A DNA stretch of 64,000 nt from contig CAYJEN010000001.1 of NCBI GenBank assembly GCA_964369185.1, positions 32,907 to 96,906 on the forward strand, written 5' to 3'. The notes under the pieces were generated by a model. It saw only the letters and a list, made by a program, of their open reading frames with translations, was not told the DNA's origin and ran no database searches. Origin of the DNA: an uncultured Desulfovibrionaceae bacterium (lineage in GTDB: Bacteria; Desulfobacterota; Desulfovibrionia; Desulfovibrionales; Desulfovibrionaceae). The position numbers were made by a program, and so were the translations under genes. Shown in pieces: positions 44,851-54,149 of this stretch. Positions within the stretch are counted from its first letter, which is position 1, and each line of letters starts with the position of its first letter.

Positions 44851-45843
44851 ATGAATACTCCTTTACTCCAATTAAATAATGTTGTTAAGCACTTTGATAT
44901 ATCAGGTGGTTTTCTTGATCAGCTAAAGCTTACTAAAGAAGGCTTTAAGCGTAAAAAAACTGTTGTTCATGCGGTAAACTCTGTTTCTCTTGATATTGAA
45001 GAAGGTGAAACTTTGTCAGTTGTTGGTGAATCTGGTTGTGGTAAAAGTACGCTTGCTCGTACAGTTATCCGTCTTTATAAGCCAAACAGCGGTGAAATTA
45101 TTTATCGTGGTCAGCACATTGAAAAACTCAATGATAAAGAAATGCTTCCATTCCGTAAAAAAATGCAAATGGTTTTCCAAGATCCTTATGCCTCTTTAAA
45201 TCCACGTATGAAAGTAAAAACTATTCTTGAAGAGCCTGTTCGTTTCCATAATCCGCAAATGTCAACTAAAGATGTTGAAGCGAAAGTATTTGAAGTTATG
45301 GAACAAGTTGGTATTGCACCTGCTTGGGCGAATAGATTCCCTCATGAATTTTCAGGCGGACAAAGACAGCGTATTTCTTTAGCGCGTGCGCTTGTGGTTG
45401 ACCCTGAATTTATCGTAGCTGATGAACCTATTTCTGCGCTTGACGTTTCTATTCAAGCACAGGTTCTAAACCTTATGATGGATTTGCAAGAAAAACGCAA
45501 GCTTACATACTTGTTTATTTCTCACGATTTATCAGTTGTTGAGCATATATCATCACGTGTTGCAGTTATGTATCTTGGTTCACTTTGCGAACTTGCACCG
45601 GCTGAAGAATTATTTAATAATCCTAAGCATCCGTATACACAAGCTTTATTGTCAGCTATTCCAAATTTCGGAATTGACCCTAAAGACCGTATTAGACTAG
45701 AAGGTGAAGTACCAACTCCTATTAATCTTCCTAGCGGTTGTGTATTCCATGGTAGATGTAAATATGCGAAACCTATTTGTTCACAAGAAATTCCACAAAT
45801 TAAGAAAGTAGATAATACTTTTATAGCTTGTCACTTACATTAA
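44851..45843 (+). CDS. Peptide ABC transporter ATP-binding protein (DppF/OppF-like)
   Basis: [26 protein letters not shown]. Confidence 0.85.
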   Translation: MNTPLLQLNNVVKHFDISGGFLDQLKLTKEGFKRKKTVVHAVNSVSLDIEEGETLSVVGESGCGKSTLARTVIRLYKPNSGEIIYRGQHIEKLNDKEMLPFRKKMQMVFQDPYASLNPRMKVKTILEEPVRFHNPQMSTKDVEAKVFEVMEQVGIAPAWANRFPHEFSGGQRQRISLARALVVDPEFIVADEPISALDVSIQAQVLNLMMDLQEKRKLTYLFISHDLSVVEHISSRVAVMYLGSLCELAPAEELFNNPKHPYTQALLSAIPNFGIDPKDRIRLEGEVPTPINLPSGCVFHGRCKYAKPICSQEIPQIKKVDNTFIACHLH

Positions 45844-45844
45844 T

Positions 45845-47290
45845 ATGCATATCCGTACACTTTTCTTTATATTATCTATGTTGTTATTTGGTTTAGGTTG
45901 CACAATGGTGCTTCCGCTTTTCACTGCATGGTTTTATGATGAAAGTTTACGCCCTCTGCTCAGCTCTGCAGGGATTTTACTGGGAGTTGGCAGTCTATTT
46001 GGATATATATTTAGACCACAAAATGAAGTTACCTTATCAAATAAGGAAAGTATTGTAATTGTAGCATCTTGCTGGATAATGGCAGGAGTTGCAGGAGCTC
46101 TTCCTTATTTGCTTAACGGTAACTTTATTTTTGCGGACGCATTATTTGAATCCATTTCCGGCTTCACAACAACAGGTGCAAGCATTCTTAGTGATATTGA
46201 AGCGTTACCAAAAGGCATTCTTATGTGGAGAGCTTTAACTCACTGGCTTGGCGGAATGGGTATTATTGTGCTTACTCTTGCAATTTTGCCAATGCTTGGC
46301 ATGGGTGGAATGCAATTGTATAAAGCAGAAGTTACAGGGCCTCAAGTAGATAAACTTATGCCACGTATACACGATACAGCTTTATATCTTTGGATTGTTT
46401 ACTTTTTATTTACAGTAGTACAGTTTATTCTTTTGATGTTTGGCGGAATGTCGTGGTTTGATTCTTTAGCACACACATTTGCAACGGTTGCAACGGGGGG
46501 TTTTTCAACTCAAAATGCATCTGTAACGAACTATTCTCCATATATACAATGGGTTATTACCATATTTATGTTTTTAGCAGGTGTGAACTTTACCTTGCAT
46601 TATAAACTACTTTTTAGTGGTAAAATTCAAGCTTTTACAAAGAATACAGAATTTAAAATATATTTATATATCACAGTTATTTGTTCTTTAATAACTGCGG
46701 CATATCTTTATTTTATGAATACGGAATCCGGCGTTGAATACGCAATTCGTACCGCCTTCTTCCAGATTGTAAGTATCTGCACCAGTACAGGTTTTGCTAC
46801 TGCTGATTATGAAGTTTGGCCTTTAATTACTCAATCACTAATCCTATTTGTTATGATAATGGGTGCTTGTGCCGGCTCAACCGGTGGCGGAATAAAGGTT
46901 ATGCGCTTTGCGCTTCTTCAAAAAATTACTAAAAAAGAGCTTCAACGTATTCTTCATCCTAGAGTTGTGAACGATATTAAGCTCGATTCTAAATCAGTTT
47001 CATCTGACATTCTAAATGGTGTAACTGCATTTATTATTATTTATCTTGTTTTGATTTTTATTGGCGGACTTTTTATAACTGCTTTTGGATATGACTTTAC
47101 AACATCATATTCAGCATCAATTTCAGCTTTTTCAAATACAGGTCCGGGCTTTGGACTTATTGGACCTACAGAAAATTTCGGCTTCTTTGAACCTGCGATT
47201 AAGTATATGCTTTGTATTCTTATGCTCATTGGTAGACTAGAAATTTTCACAATCTTCTTACTCTTCTTACCGTCTTTTTGGAGAAGTTAG
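45845..47290 (+). CDS. trkH: TrkH/KtrB-family potassium uptake protein
   Basis: 481-aa polytopic protein with SGFTTTGAS and TGGFST selectivity-filter-like repeats. Confidence 0.8.
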   Translation: MHIRTLFFILSMLLFGLGCTMVLPLFTAWFYDESLRPLLSSAGILLGVGSLFGYIFRPQNEVTLSNKESIVIVASCWIMAGVAGALPYLLNGNFIFADALFESISGFTTTGASILSDIEALPKGILMWRALTHWLGGMGIIVLTLAILPMLGMGGMQLYKAEVTGPQVDKLMPRIHDTALYLWIVYFLFTVVQFILLMFGGMSWFDSLAHTFATVATGGFSTQNASVTNYSPYIQWVITIFMFLAGVNFTLHYKLLFSGKIQAFTKNTEFKIYLYITVICSLITAAYLYFMNTESGVEYAIRTAFFQIVSICTSTGFATADYEVWPLITQSLILFVMIMGACAGSTGGGIKVMRFALLQKITKKELQRILHPRVVNDIKLDSKSVSSDILNGVTAFIIIYLVLIFIGGLFITAFGYDFTTSYSASISAFSNTGPGFGLIGPTENFGFFEPAIKYMLCILMLIGRLEIFTIFLLFLPSFWRS

Positions 47291-47311
47291 AGTATTTTTA
47301 TGCTTTTTTAT

Positions 47312-47440
47312 TGTTACAAACGTGTGACAATTGTATTTTATTCTAAAAAGATAAAAATAAAATAATAAATAAAATTGAATAGATAGTATAAAAGTCGTTA
47401 ATGTAACCTAATTAACACATTGCCGTAACATAACTGTAAC
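47312..47440 (+). promoter_or_regulatory. Pho-box-like direct repeats upstream of pstS
   Basis: TGTTAC-N5-TGTGAC (47312/47323). GTAAC heptamer cores at 47403, 47425 and 47436 (spacing 22 and 11 bp). CCGTAACATAA-CTGTAACATTA lies 10 nt upstream of TATTGT (47451). Confidence 0.5.
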
Positions 47441-47511
47441 ATTAAGTTTCTATTGTGCATTCAACGAAGCGATTCGTACTAAAAAAGATCACAAAAAATT
47501 TTGGAGACATC

Positions 47512-48318
47512 ATGTTAAAATCATTCTTTACAGCAGTAGTTGCATCAGTGCTTTTCGTAAGCAGCGCAGTAGCAGGTGACATCGTTATCAACGGTTCAAC
47601 CACAGTTCTTCCAGTAGTTCAAAAAGTTGGCGAAGCTTACATGGAAGCTAATCCATCTGTAAATATTTCTTTATCTGGCGGTGGTTCAGGTAATGGCGTA
47701 AAAGCTCTTATCGATAACCTAACTGATATTGCTATGGCTTCACGTCAAATTAAAGACTCTGAAGTTGAAAAAGCTAAAAAGAATGGTGTTGAACCTCACG
47801 CATTTGCAGTAGGTCTTGATGCTCTTGTTCCTGTAGTTCACCCAAGCAACCCAGTTGCAGATTTATCTTTAGAACAACTTAGAGATATCTACACAGGTAA
47901 AATCGAAAACTGGAGCGAAGTTGGCGGAAAAGACGGCGAAATCGTTGTAGTTTCACGTGATACTTCTTCAGGTACATACGAAACTTGGGAACACTTTGTT
48001 ATGAAAGGCGAAAGAGTAATGCCAGGTGCATTATTACAAGCTTCTAACGGTGCTGTAGTTCAAGCTCTTTCTAAAAACCCTAATGCAATTGGTTACATTG
48101 GTTACGGTTACCTTAATGATGATGTAAAAGCTACTAAAGTTGGTGGTTTAGAAGCAACTCCTGAAACAGCATTGAATAAATCATGGCCTTTAGCTCGTGA
48201 ATTATGGCTCTACACAAACGGCGCTCCTGCTGGTGATGTGAAAGGTTTCATGGATTATGCACTTTCACCTGAAGGTCAAAAATACGTGAAAGAAGTTGGC
48301 TTTATCCCTTTCAAATAA
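47512..48318 (+). CDS. pstS: Phosphate ABC transporter substrate-binding protein
   Basis: Signal peptide MLKSFFTAVVASVLFVSSAVAG, then GSTTVLP and SRDTSSGT motifs. ATG 47512 (after GGAGA) is preferred over the track start 47455. Confidence 0.85.
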   Translation: MLKSFFTAVVASVLFVSSAVAGDIVINGSTTVLPVVQKVGEAYMEANPSVNISLSGGGSGNGVKALIDNLTDIAMASRQIKDSEVEKAKKNGVEPHAFAVGLDALVPVVHPSNPVADLSLEQLRDIYTGKIENWSEVGGKDGEIVVVSRDTSSGTYETWEHFVMKGERVMPGALLQASNGAVVQALSKNPNAIGYIGYGYLNDDVKATKVGGLEATPETALNKSWPLARELWLYTNGAPAGDVKGFMDYALSPEGQKYVKEVGFIPFK

Positions 48319-48337
48319 TAATTGAATGATAATGAAA

Positions 48338-48371
48338 GGGGGAATGCAAAAACAGCATTTCCCCTTTTTTT
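48338..48371 (+). terminator. Hairpin plus T-run after pstS (attenuator/terminator)
   Basis: GGGGGAATGC / GCATTTCCCC followed by T7. Confidence 0.6.
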
Positions 48372-48463
48372 GATAAGAACGGAATTACTTTTACAAGAAC
48401 ATTCTTGTAGTTTTCTTAAGCTTCAAGTAGATTTCTTTGCTTTGACGAAAAAGGAAAGAGATT

Positions 48464-48558
48464 TTTTGAAAAACCTTTTTCATTTTTTTCGAGGAACGAG
48501 AAAAAAATAAAAGGGGTTTGCAAAGGGAAAAGTTCCCTTTGCCCGTCGGAGACAAAAA
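48464..48558 (+). repeat. ~95-bp intergenic repeat, copy A (conserved hairpin)
   Basis: Aligns with 54043-54136. Shared TTTTGAAAA..CATTTTTT(T)CGAGGAACGAG(A/G)AAAAAATAAA..GGGTTT and a 10-bp stem hairpin at 48520-48542. Confidence 0.65.
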
Positions 48559-48598
48559 CTGTTGAAGACAAAAAAAACTTAATAACTATGAGAACAGT

Positions 48599-49492
48599 AT
48601 GTGGACAAAACGACTATTTAAAGAATTTGTAGTGAAATTCTCTTTGACAAGTGTTGCATGGATAGCATTATTATCACTATGCGGTATTTGTCTATTTTTG
48701 TTGGCAAATAGCTTGCCACTTTTCAAAACTTACCCTGTAACAGACTTTTTGTTTGGACTTTACTGGTACCCAACCCATTCACCGGCAGATTTTGGAATTT
48801 TCCCTTTAATCATCGCGTCTCTTATTGTTACGATAATTTCATGTCTTATAGCAGTACCTCTTGGAGTTTTTACCGCAGCATATTTAGCTGAAATTGCACA
48901 TTCAAAAACTCGTAGAATAATTAAACCTTTTGTTGAACTACTTGCTGCATTGCCATCAGTTGTTATTGGTTTTTTTGGTATGGTAATTGTAGCTCCATTT
49001 TTACAAGAAACATTCGGAATTGCAACAGGTTTGAATCTTTTTAACGCATCGCTTATGCTTGCATTTATGAGTGTACCTACAATTTGTAGTATTGCAGAAG
49101 ATGCTATGCACTCAGTTCCACGTGCATTACGTGAAGCAAGCCTTGCACTTGGCGCAACCCAGTGGGAAACACTTATTCATGTTGTTATTCCATCAGCATT
49201 ATCAGGTATCGGAACAGGCGTTATGCTTGGAATGAGCCGTGCAATTGGTGAAACAATGGTTGTTCTCATGGTGGCAGGTGGTGCAGCAATGATTCCTGAT
49301 TCTTTGTTCGATCCTGTTCGCCCTATGCCGGCATCAATTGCGGCAGAAATGGCGGAAGCTCCTTATTTTTCTGACCATTACTTAGCTTTATTTGCTATTG
49401 GTCTAGTACTTTTTGCATTTACATTCTGCTTCAACTTTATAGCTTTTAGAATTACTGAAAAGCATAAACAAGTCGGTTCTTCAGGATTATAA
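48599..49492 (+). CDS. pstC: Phosphate ABC transporter permease
   Basis: 6-TM permease with the EAA loop (SLALGATQWETL). Confidence 0.85.
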   Translation: MWTKRLFKEFVVKFSLTSVAWIALLSLCGICLFLLANSLPLFKTYPVTDFLFGLYWYPTHSPADFGIFPLIIASLIVTIISCLIAVPLGVFTAAYLAEIAHSKTRRIIKPFVELLAALPSVVIGFFGMVIVAPFLQETFGIATGLNLFNASLMLAFMSVPTICSIAEDAMHSVPRALREASLALGATQWETLIHVVIPSALSGIGTGVMLGMSRAIGETMVVLMVAGGAAMIPDSLFDPVRPMPASIAAEMAEAPYFSDHYLALFAIGLVLFAFTFCFNFIAFRITEKHKQVGSSGL

Positions 49493-49503
49493 AAGGAAAA
49501 ATT

Positions 49504-50388
49504 ATGTCAACAGCTCCAATTAGTAAAATGCCGGATCCGGCATATCGTTATAAGAAACAAGCATTTATGTTTGGCATGCTAAGACTTGCAGCCGGTGTAA
49601 ACGTACTTGCACTTGTAGGTATTTGTGCATTCTTGGTTATAAATGGTTTTCCTGCATTAAGTTGGGAATTTATTTCAGAGTCTCCGCGTAAAATGATGAC
49701 TGAAGGTGGCATTCTTCCATGTATCGTGGGAACAGCAATTTTATCATTTGGTTCAATGCTTATTGCATTCCCGATTGGTGTAGCATCTGCGGTATGGCTT
49801 AATGAATACGGTTCACGTTCACCATTTGCAAGATATATACGTCTTGGCGTGAATAATCTTGCTGGTGTTCCATCAGTTGTATTCGGATTATTTGGACTTG
49901 CTTTTTTTGTAACTTACCTTAAAATGGGTGTTAGTATTCTTGCAGGTGTTTGTACTTTAGCAGTTTTGACTCTGCCAATGATTATCAGTACAGCAGAAGA
50001 AGCTTTGAGACAAGTTCCCGATGCTTGGCGTGAATCAAGCCTTGCACTTGGCGCAACAAAATCTCAAACAATTGCAAGAGTTGTGTTACCATCAGCTTTT
50101 CCCGGAATGCTTACAGGTGCTATTTTAGGTTTAGCACGTGCGGCAGGCGAAACAGCGGCGATTATGTTTACATCAGCAGTTTTTTATACAGCAAAAATGC
50201 CGGATTCTGTATTTTCATCAGTAATGGCTTTGCCGTATCATATGTATGTGCTTGCAACTGCCGGTACAGAAATTGAAAAAACTCGTCCTTTACAGTATGG
50301 AACAGCCTTAATCTTGTTGATTTTGGTATTGGGTATGAACCTTATAGCGATTATCATTCGTGACCGCTTACAAAATAAAAAGCACTAA
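49504..50388 (+). CDS. pstA: Phosphate ABC transporter permease
   Basis: SLALGATKSQTI and RAAGETAA motifs. Confidence 0.85.
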   Translation: MSTAPISKMPDPAYRYKKQAFMFGMLRLAAGVNVLALVGICAFLVINGFPALSWEFISESPRKMMTEGGILPCIVGTAILSFGSMLIAFPIGVASAVWLNEYGSRSPFARYIRLGVNNLAGVPSVVFGLFGLAFFVTYLKMGVSILAGVCTLAVLTLPMIISTAEEALRQVPDAWRESSLALGATKSQTIARVVLPSAFPGMLTGAILGLARAAGETAAIMFTSAVFYTAKMPDSVFSSVMALPYHMYVLATAGTEIEKTRPLQYGTALILLILVLGMNLIAIIIRDRLQNKKH

Positions 50389-50390
50389 TT

Positions 50391-52196
50391 ATGAGACGTA
50401 GACTATTATTATCATTCTCCATTATTTTTGTAATTGGACTTATTATTCCTTTTGGAATAAGTTGGCAAACACTTCATGATTCAATAGCTGAAGATATTCG
50501 CTCTGCAAGTGCGAGAGAACTAAAGCTTTTGTCTGAACTATTTATAGATAAAGCTGAAATATCAGAAGAATCTGCATTCAATACTTTGCGTGAATCCGCA
50601 TCAAAAGAAATACGAGTAACTTTCATCAAAGAAAATGGTGAGGTTGTATTTGATTCTCGTGTGCCTGACAGTGAACTACAAAAACTTGAAAATCATGCAA
50701 CAAGACAAGAAGTGCTAACTGCAAAAGAATATGAAAAAGGCTCAGCAACTCGTTCAAGCGCATCAATCGGTCTAGATATGATTTATATTGCTGAAAAAGT
50801 AGAAGCAACTAAAAATACTCCTGAAGGTTATGTACGTTTAGCTGTTCCTATGGAAGGTATTTTCGATAGAGTTCAAAGTTTAGGTGTTGCACTATTTGCA
50901 ACATTTACATTGATATTTATTGCCGCAGTTGTACTCACTCAAATTTTCTTCAAGCGTTGGAAGAACTCTATGAATGAAATCAAAGTTGTAGTTGAATCTA
51001 CAGCAAATGGCGATACTCAAAGTAATACAGCACTTCCAATGAGACCGGAATTCAAAGATTTATCTTATGCTGTCTCACAAATGGCAAGCAGAGTAAATAA
51101 ACAACTAAAATTGATTAATACACAAAAAATTGAACTTGAAAGTGTGCTCAATAGCATCAATGCCGGAGTTATGGTTCTTGATGAACGTGGGCAAATTCTA
51201 TCAATCAATCCGGTGTTCAAAGAAATATTGCCTGATAACTTTTCAAAAGAATTAGAATTATACTTCGGAAAACGTTCGTTAGAAATCTTCAATAGTCCTG
51301 AACTTGAACAATTCTTACAAGCAGCACTTAATGAAGAAGGAAACTTCCATACGGTGCAAATGCAATTTGGCGGAAAAGTATTCCAAATCAATGCAACTAA
51401 AGCTAAAATTGATGATGAACTAAAACCGGAAATTCAACTTGTTACAGTTTTTCACGATATTACACAACTTGCTAAACTTGTTGAAATTAAACGTGACTTG
51501 ATTGCAAATGTATCGCATGAACTCCGCACTCCACTAACTGCAATTCAAGGATATGCCGAAACATTAAATGGCGTGTTTGATGAAAAAAATATTGAAAAAG
51601 AAAGTGCTCAGCGTTTCACACAGATAATAATGAAAAATGCTAGACATCTTGATAGAATAGTAAATGATTTACTCGCTCTTTCAATGGTAGAAAGCGATGA
51701 TACGCAAGAAATTGTTCATACAAGCATAGAGCAACCTTTCAATATGGCTATTGAAGAATGTAAGCCAATGATTGATAAGAAAAATCTTACTTTAGTAAAT
51801 CAACTCGATATGAATGTTGAACTTGCAATTGATTCAGATAGACTTAGTCAAGTATTTAGAAATCTTATAGAAAATGCTATTCGTTATGCTCCTGAAAACT
51901 CATCAATAATAGTTCATAGCTCTATTGATAACGAGCAATGCAGTATTTTTGTGCAAGATTTTGGTGTGGGTATTCCTCAAGATGATTTAGTTCGTGTGTT
52001 TGAACGTTTTTATCGTGTAGAAAAACACAGAACAAGTAATGGTACAATATCAACCGGTTTGGGTTTATCACTTTGTAAGCACATAGTAGAAAAATTCCAC
52101 GGAACAATACACGCGCTTTTCCATGCGCCTGCCTTAGTAGAAACAACTAACCTTGTTGGTGCGACAATTCGTTTCAACTTGCCACTATACAAATAG
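50391..52196 (+). CDS. phoR: Sensor histidine kinase (PhoR-like: TM, periplasmic region, PAS, HisKA, HATPase)
   Basis: H-box [10 protein letters not shown]-box [10 protein letters not shown]-box GTGLGLS. Embedded in the pst operon. Confidence 0.7.
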   Translation: MRRRLLLSFSIIFVIGLIIPFGISWQTLHDSIAEDIRSASARELKLLSELFIDKAEISEESAFNTLRESASKEIRVTFIKENGEVVFDSRVPDSELQKLENHATRQEVLTAKEYEKGSATRSSASIGLDMIYIAEKVEATKNTPEGYVRLAVPMEGIFDRVQSLGVALFATFTLIFIAAVVLTQIFFKRWKNSMNEIKVVVESTANGDTQSNTALPMRPEFKDLSYAVSQMASRVNKQLKLINTQKIELESVLNSINAGVMVLDERGQILSINPVFKEILPDNFSKELELYFGKRSLEIFNSPELEQFLQAALNEEGNFHTVQMQFGGKVFQINATKAKIDDELKPEIQLVTVFHDITQLAKLVEIKRDLIANVSHELRTPLTAIQGYAETLNGVFDEKNIEKESAQRFTQIIMKNARHLDRIVNDLLALSMVESDDTQEIVHTSIEQPFNMAIEECKPMIDKKNLTLVNQLDMNVELAIDSDRLSQVFRNLIENAIRYAPENSSIIVHSSIDNEQCSIFVQDFGVGIPQDDLVRVFERFYRVEKHRTSNGTISTGLGLSLCKHIVEKFHGTIHALFHAPALVETTNLVGATIRFNLPLYK

Positions 52197-52219
52197 TACC
52201 ATTGAGTACAGGAGTTTTC

Positions 52220-52978
52220 ATGTCAGAACAAATTAAAATCCAAGCAAAAAACCTTGACTTTTTTTACGGAAGCTCACAAGCTTTATATGATATAAATTTA
52301 GATTTTTATGATAAAAAAGTAACAGCTTTAATTGGACCTTCCGGTTGTGGTAAGTCAACATTTTTACGTTGCCTCAACAGAATGAACGACTTGATTATAG
52401 GTACTCGTGTTGAAGGAAAAATTCTACTCGATGGCGAATCAATCCTTGAGAATAAAGATAGCGTTGATCTTCGTCGTAGAGTTGGTATGGTTTTCCAAAA
52501 GCCAAACCCATTTCCTAAAACTATTTTTGAAAACGTAGCTTATGGTTTACGTGTGAATGGTATCAAAGACGAAACCTATATAGCTGAAAAAGTTGAAGCA
52601 AGCCTTAAACGTGCCGCTTTATTCAATGAAGTGAAAGATAGACTAAATACATCTGCGCTTGGTCTTTCAGGCGGTCAACAACAGCGTCTTTGTATTGCAA
52701 GAGCATTAGCAGTTGAACCGGAAGTTCTTCTTATGGACGAACCTGCATCTGCGCTTGACCCTATAGCAACTCAACATATCGAGGAATCTATCCACGAGTT
52801 GAAGTCGCAATTGACAATTATCATCGTTACTCATAACATGCAACAAGCAGCGCGTGTATCTGATCAAACTGCATTTTTCTATATGGGTAAACTTATTGAA
52901 TATTCACCAACAAATATTCTCTTTACAACCCCAAGCCTAAAGCAAACAGAAGATTATATTACAGGACGTTTTGGTTAG
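52220..52978 (+). CDS. pstB: Phosphate ABC transporter ATP-binding protein
   Basis: [32 protein letters not shown] 52220 comes after AGGAG. Confidence 0.9.
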   Translation: MSEQIKIQAKNLDFFYGSSQALYDINLDFYDKKVTALIGPSGCGKSTFLRCLNRMNDLIIGTRVEGKILLDGESILENKDSVDLRRRVGMVFQKPNPFPKTIFENVAYGLRVNGIKDETYIAEKVEASLKRAALFNEVKDRLNTSALGLSGGQQQRLCIARALAVEPEVLLMDEPASALDPIATQHIEESIHELKSQLTIIIVTHNMQQAARVSDQTAFFYMGKLIEYSPTNILFTTPSLKQTEDYITGRFG

Positions 52979-53039
52979 GAATAATCCTAAAACAGCCTTT
53001 TTAAAAATTCTGATTTTAAATTATATTAAAGGATTACAT

Positions 53040-53720
53040 ATGGAAACTATTAACAAACATATTGAAAACCACGTTCATATTCTTATTGATGATCTTCGTA
53101 CTCGTTTGCTTTTTATGGGTGCTAAAACTCAACAATCTTTCGATAATACATGCAAAGCACTAGAAAATTTAGATTATGAACTTGCTGAAAAAGTAATTGA
53201 TGGCGATAAAGAAATTGATGAGTTAGAAGTTGAAATCGATCACTCTTCACTCAGTATTCTAGCAAGAACTCAACCGGTTGCAAGTGACCTACGTCTTCTA
53301 GTAAGCGCAATACGTATGGTGAGCGAGCTTGAAAGAATAGGTGATGAAGCTTCAAATATTTCTGCTCGTATACTTCTTATGCAAGAACAAAAAGGACTAA
53401 TCATTCCTGAATGCTTACTTGAACTTGCAAATTTATCACAATACATGCTTGAAGAAAGTTTAGTATCATTCAGAGATAAAAATACTGACCTTGCAGTAAC
53501 CCTACGTGTTCAAAAAGATGAAGTCATTTCATTAGTTGTAAAATGTATTGATTATTACATCAGCAGTACAGCAAATAAAACTCTTGATGGTTGGCTTGCA
53601 ATGCACTATATCCTTATCACTCGTGCTCTTGAACGTGTTGCAGGGCGTGCGGTGAATATAGCAGAGCATACCTACTTCCTCGTAAATGGTGTAAATATCA
53701 AACACAGACCAGTAGAATAA
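53040..53720 (+). CDS. phoU: Phosphate signalling complex protein PhoU
   Basis: Two PhoU repeats (ELERIGDEA, ALERVAGRAVNIAE). ATG 53040 is preferred over the track start 52971. Confidence 0.85.
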   Translation: METINKHIENHVHILIDDLRTRLLFMGAKTQQSFDNTCKALENLDYELAEKVIDGDKEIDELEVEIDHSSLSILARTQPVASDLRLLVSAIRMVSELERIGDEASNISARILLMQEQKGLIIPECLLELANLSQYMLEESLVSFRDKNTDLAVTLRVQKDEVISLVVKCIDYYISSTANKTLDGWLAMHYILITRALERVAGRAVNIAEHTYFLVNGVNIKHRPVE

Positions 53721-54042
53721 GATTTTATAATTTAGATTATTTCTTGAGAGGGGGAAACCATACTTTTTGTGAACAAAAAGCTAAGGTTTCCCCCTCTCAA
53801 ACGTAGAACGAGTTCTCTCCCCCTTCCTTCAAAAAAACTTTTTAATTTCACCGCATATAATTCAGTGGTGATTTTTTAGTTTAAAAGTGGCGGTGAGTTT
53901 AGCCATAACTCAAGCCTAAAAATTAAAAAATCTTTCTTTAGCTCATATATTATCTGAGTAAAGAAAGATTTTTTTAATTAAATATTTCCCCTATAACATT
54001 CTAGAATAGGCTTTCTTACTTTGAGGATATAGGAAATAATTG

Positions 54043-54136
54043 TTTTGAAAAGCTATTTCATTTTTTCCGAGGAACGAGGAAAAAATAAATAGGGTTTCCA
54101 AAGGGGATTATCCCCTTTGGTCGCCGAAGGCAAAAA
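54043..54136 (+). repeat. ~95-bp intergenic repeat, copy B
   Basis: Aligns with 48464-48558. Hairpin CCAAAGGGGA-TTA-TCCCCTTTGG at 54098-54120. Confidence 0.65.
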
Positions 54137-54149
54137 TGCTTTTAAACTC

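Noticed and set aside
48322-48510. 62-aa ORF between pstS and pstC
   Set aside because: It covers the pstS terminator hairpin and the ~95-bp repeat. The second repeat copy does not maintain an ORF.
18055-54149. Whether the repeated intergenic elements could be a CRISPR array
   Set aside because: The copies are 150-230 bp long, are dispersed many kb apart, have terminal inverted repeats and lack regularly spaced short repeats. No cas genes are present.
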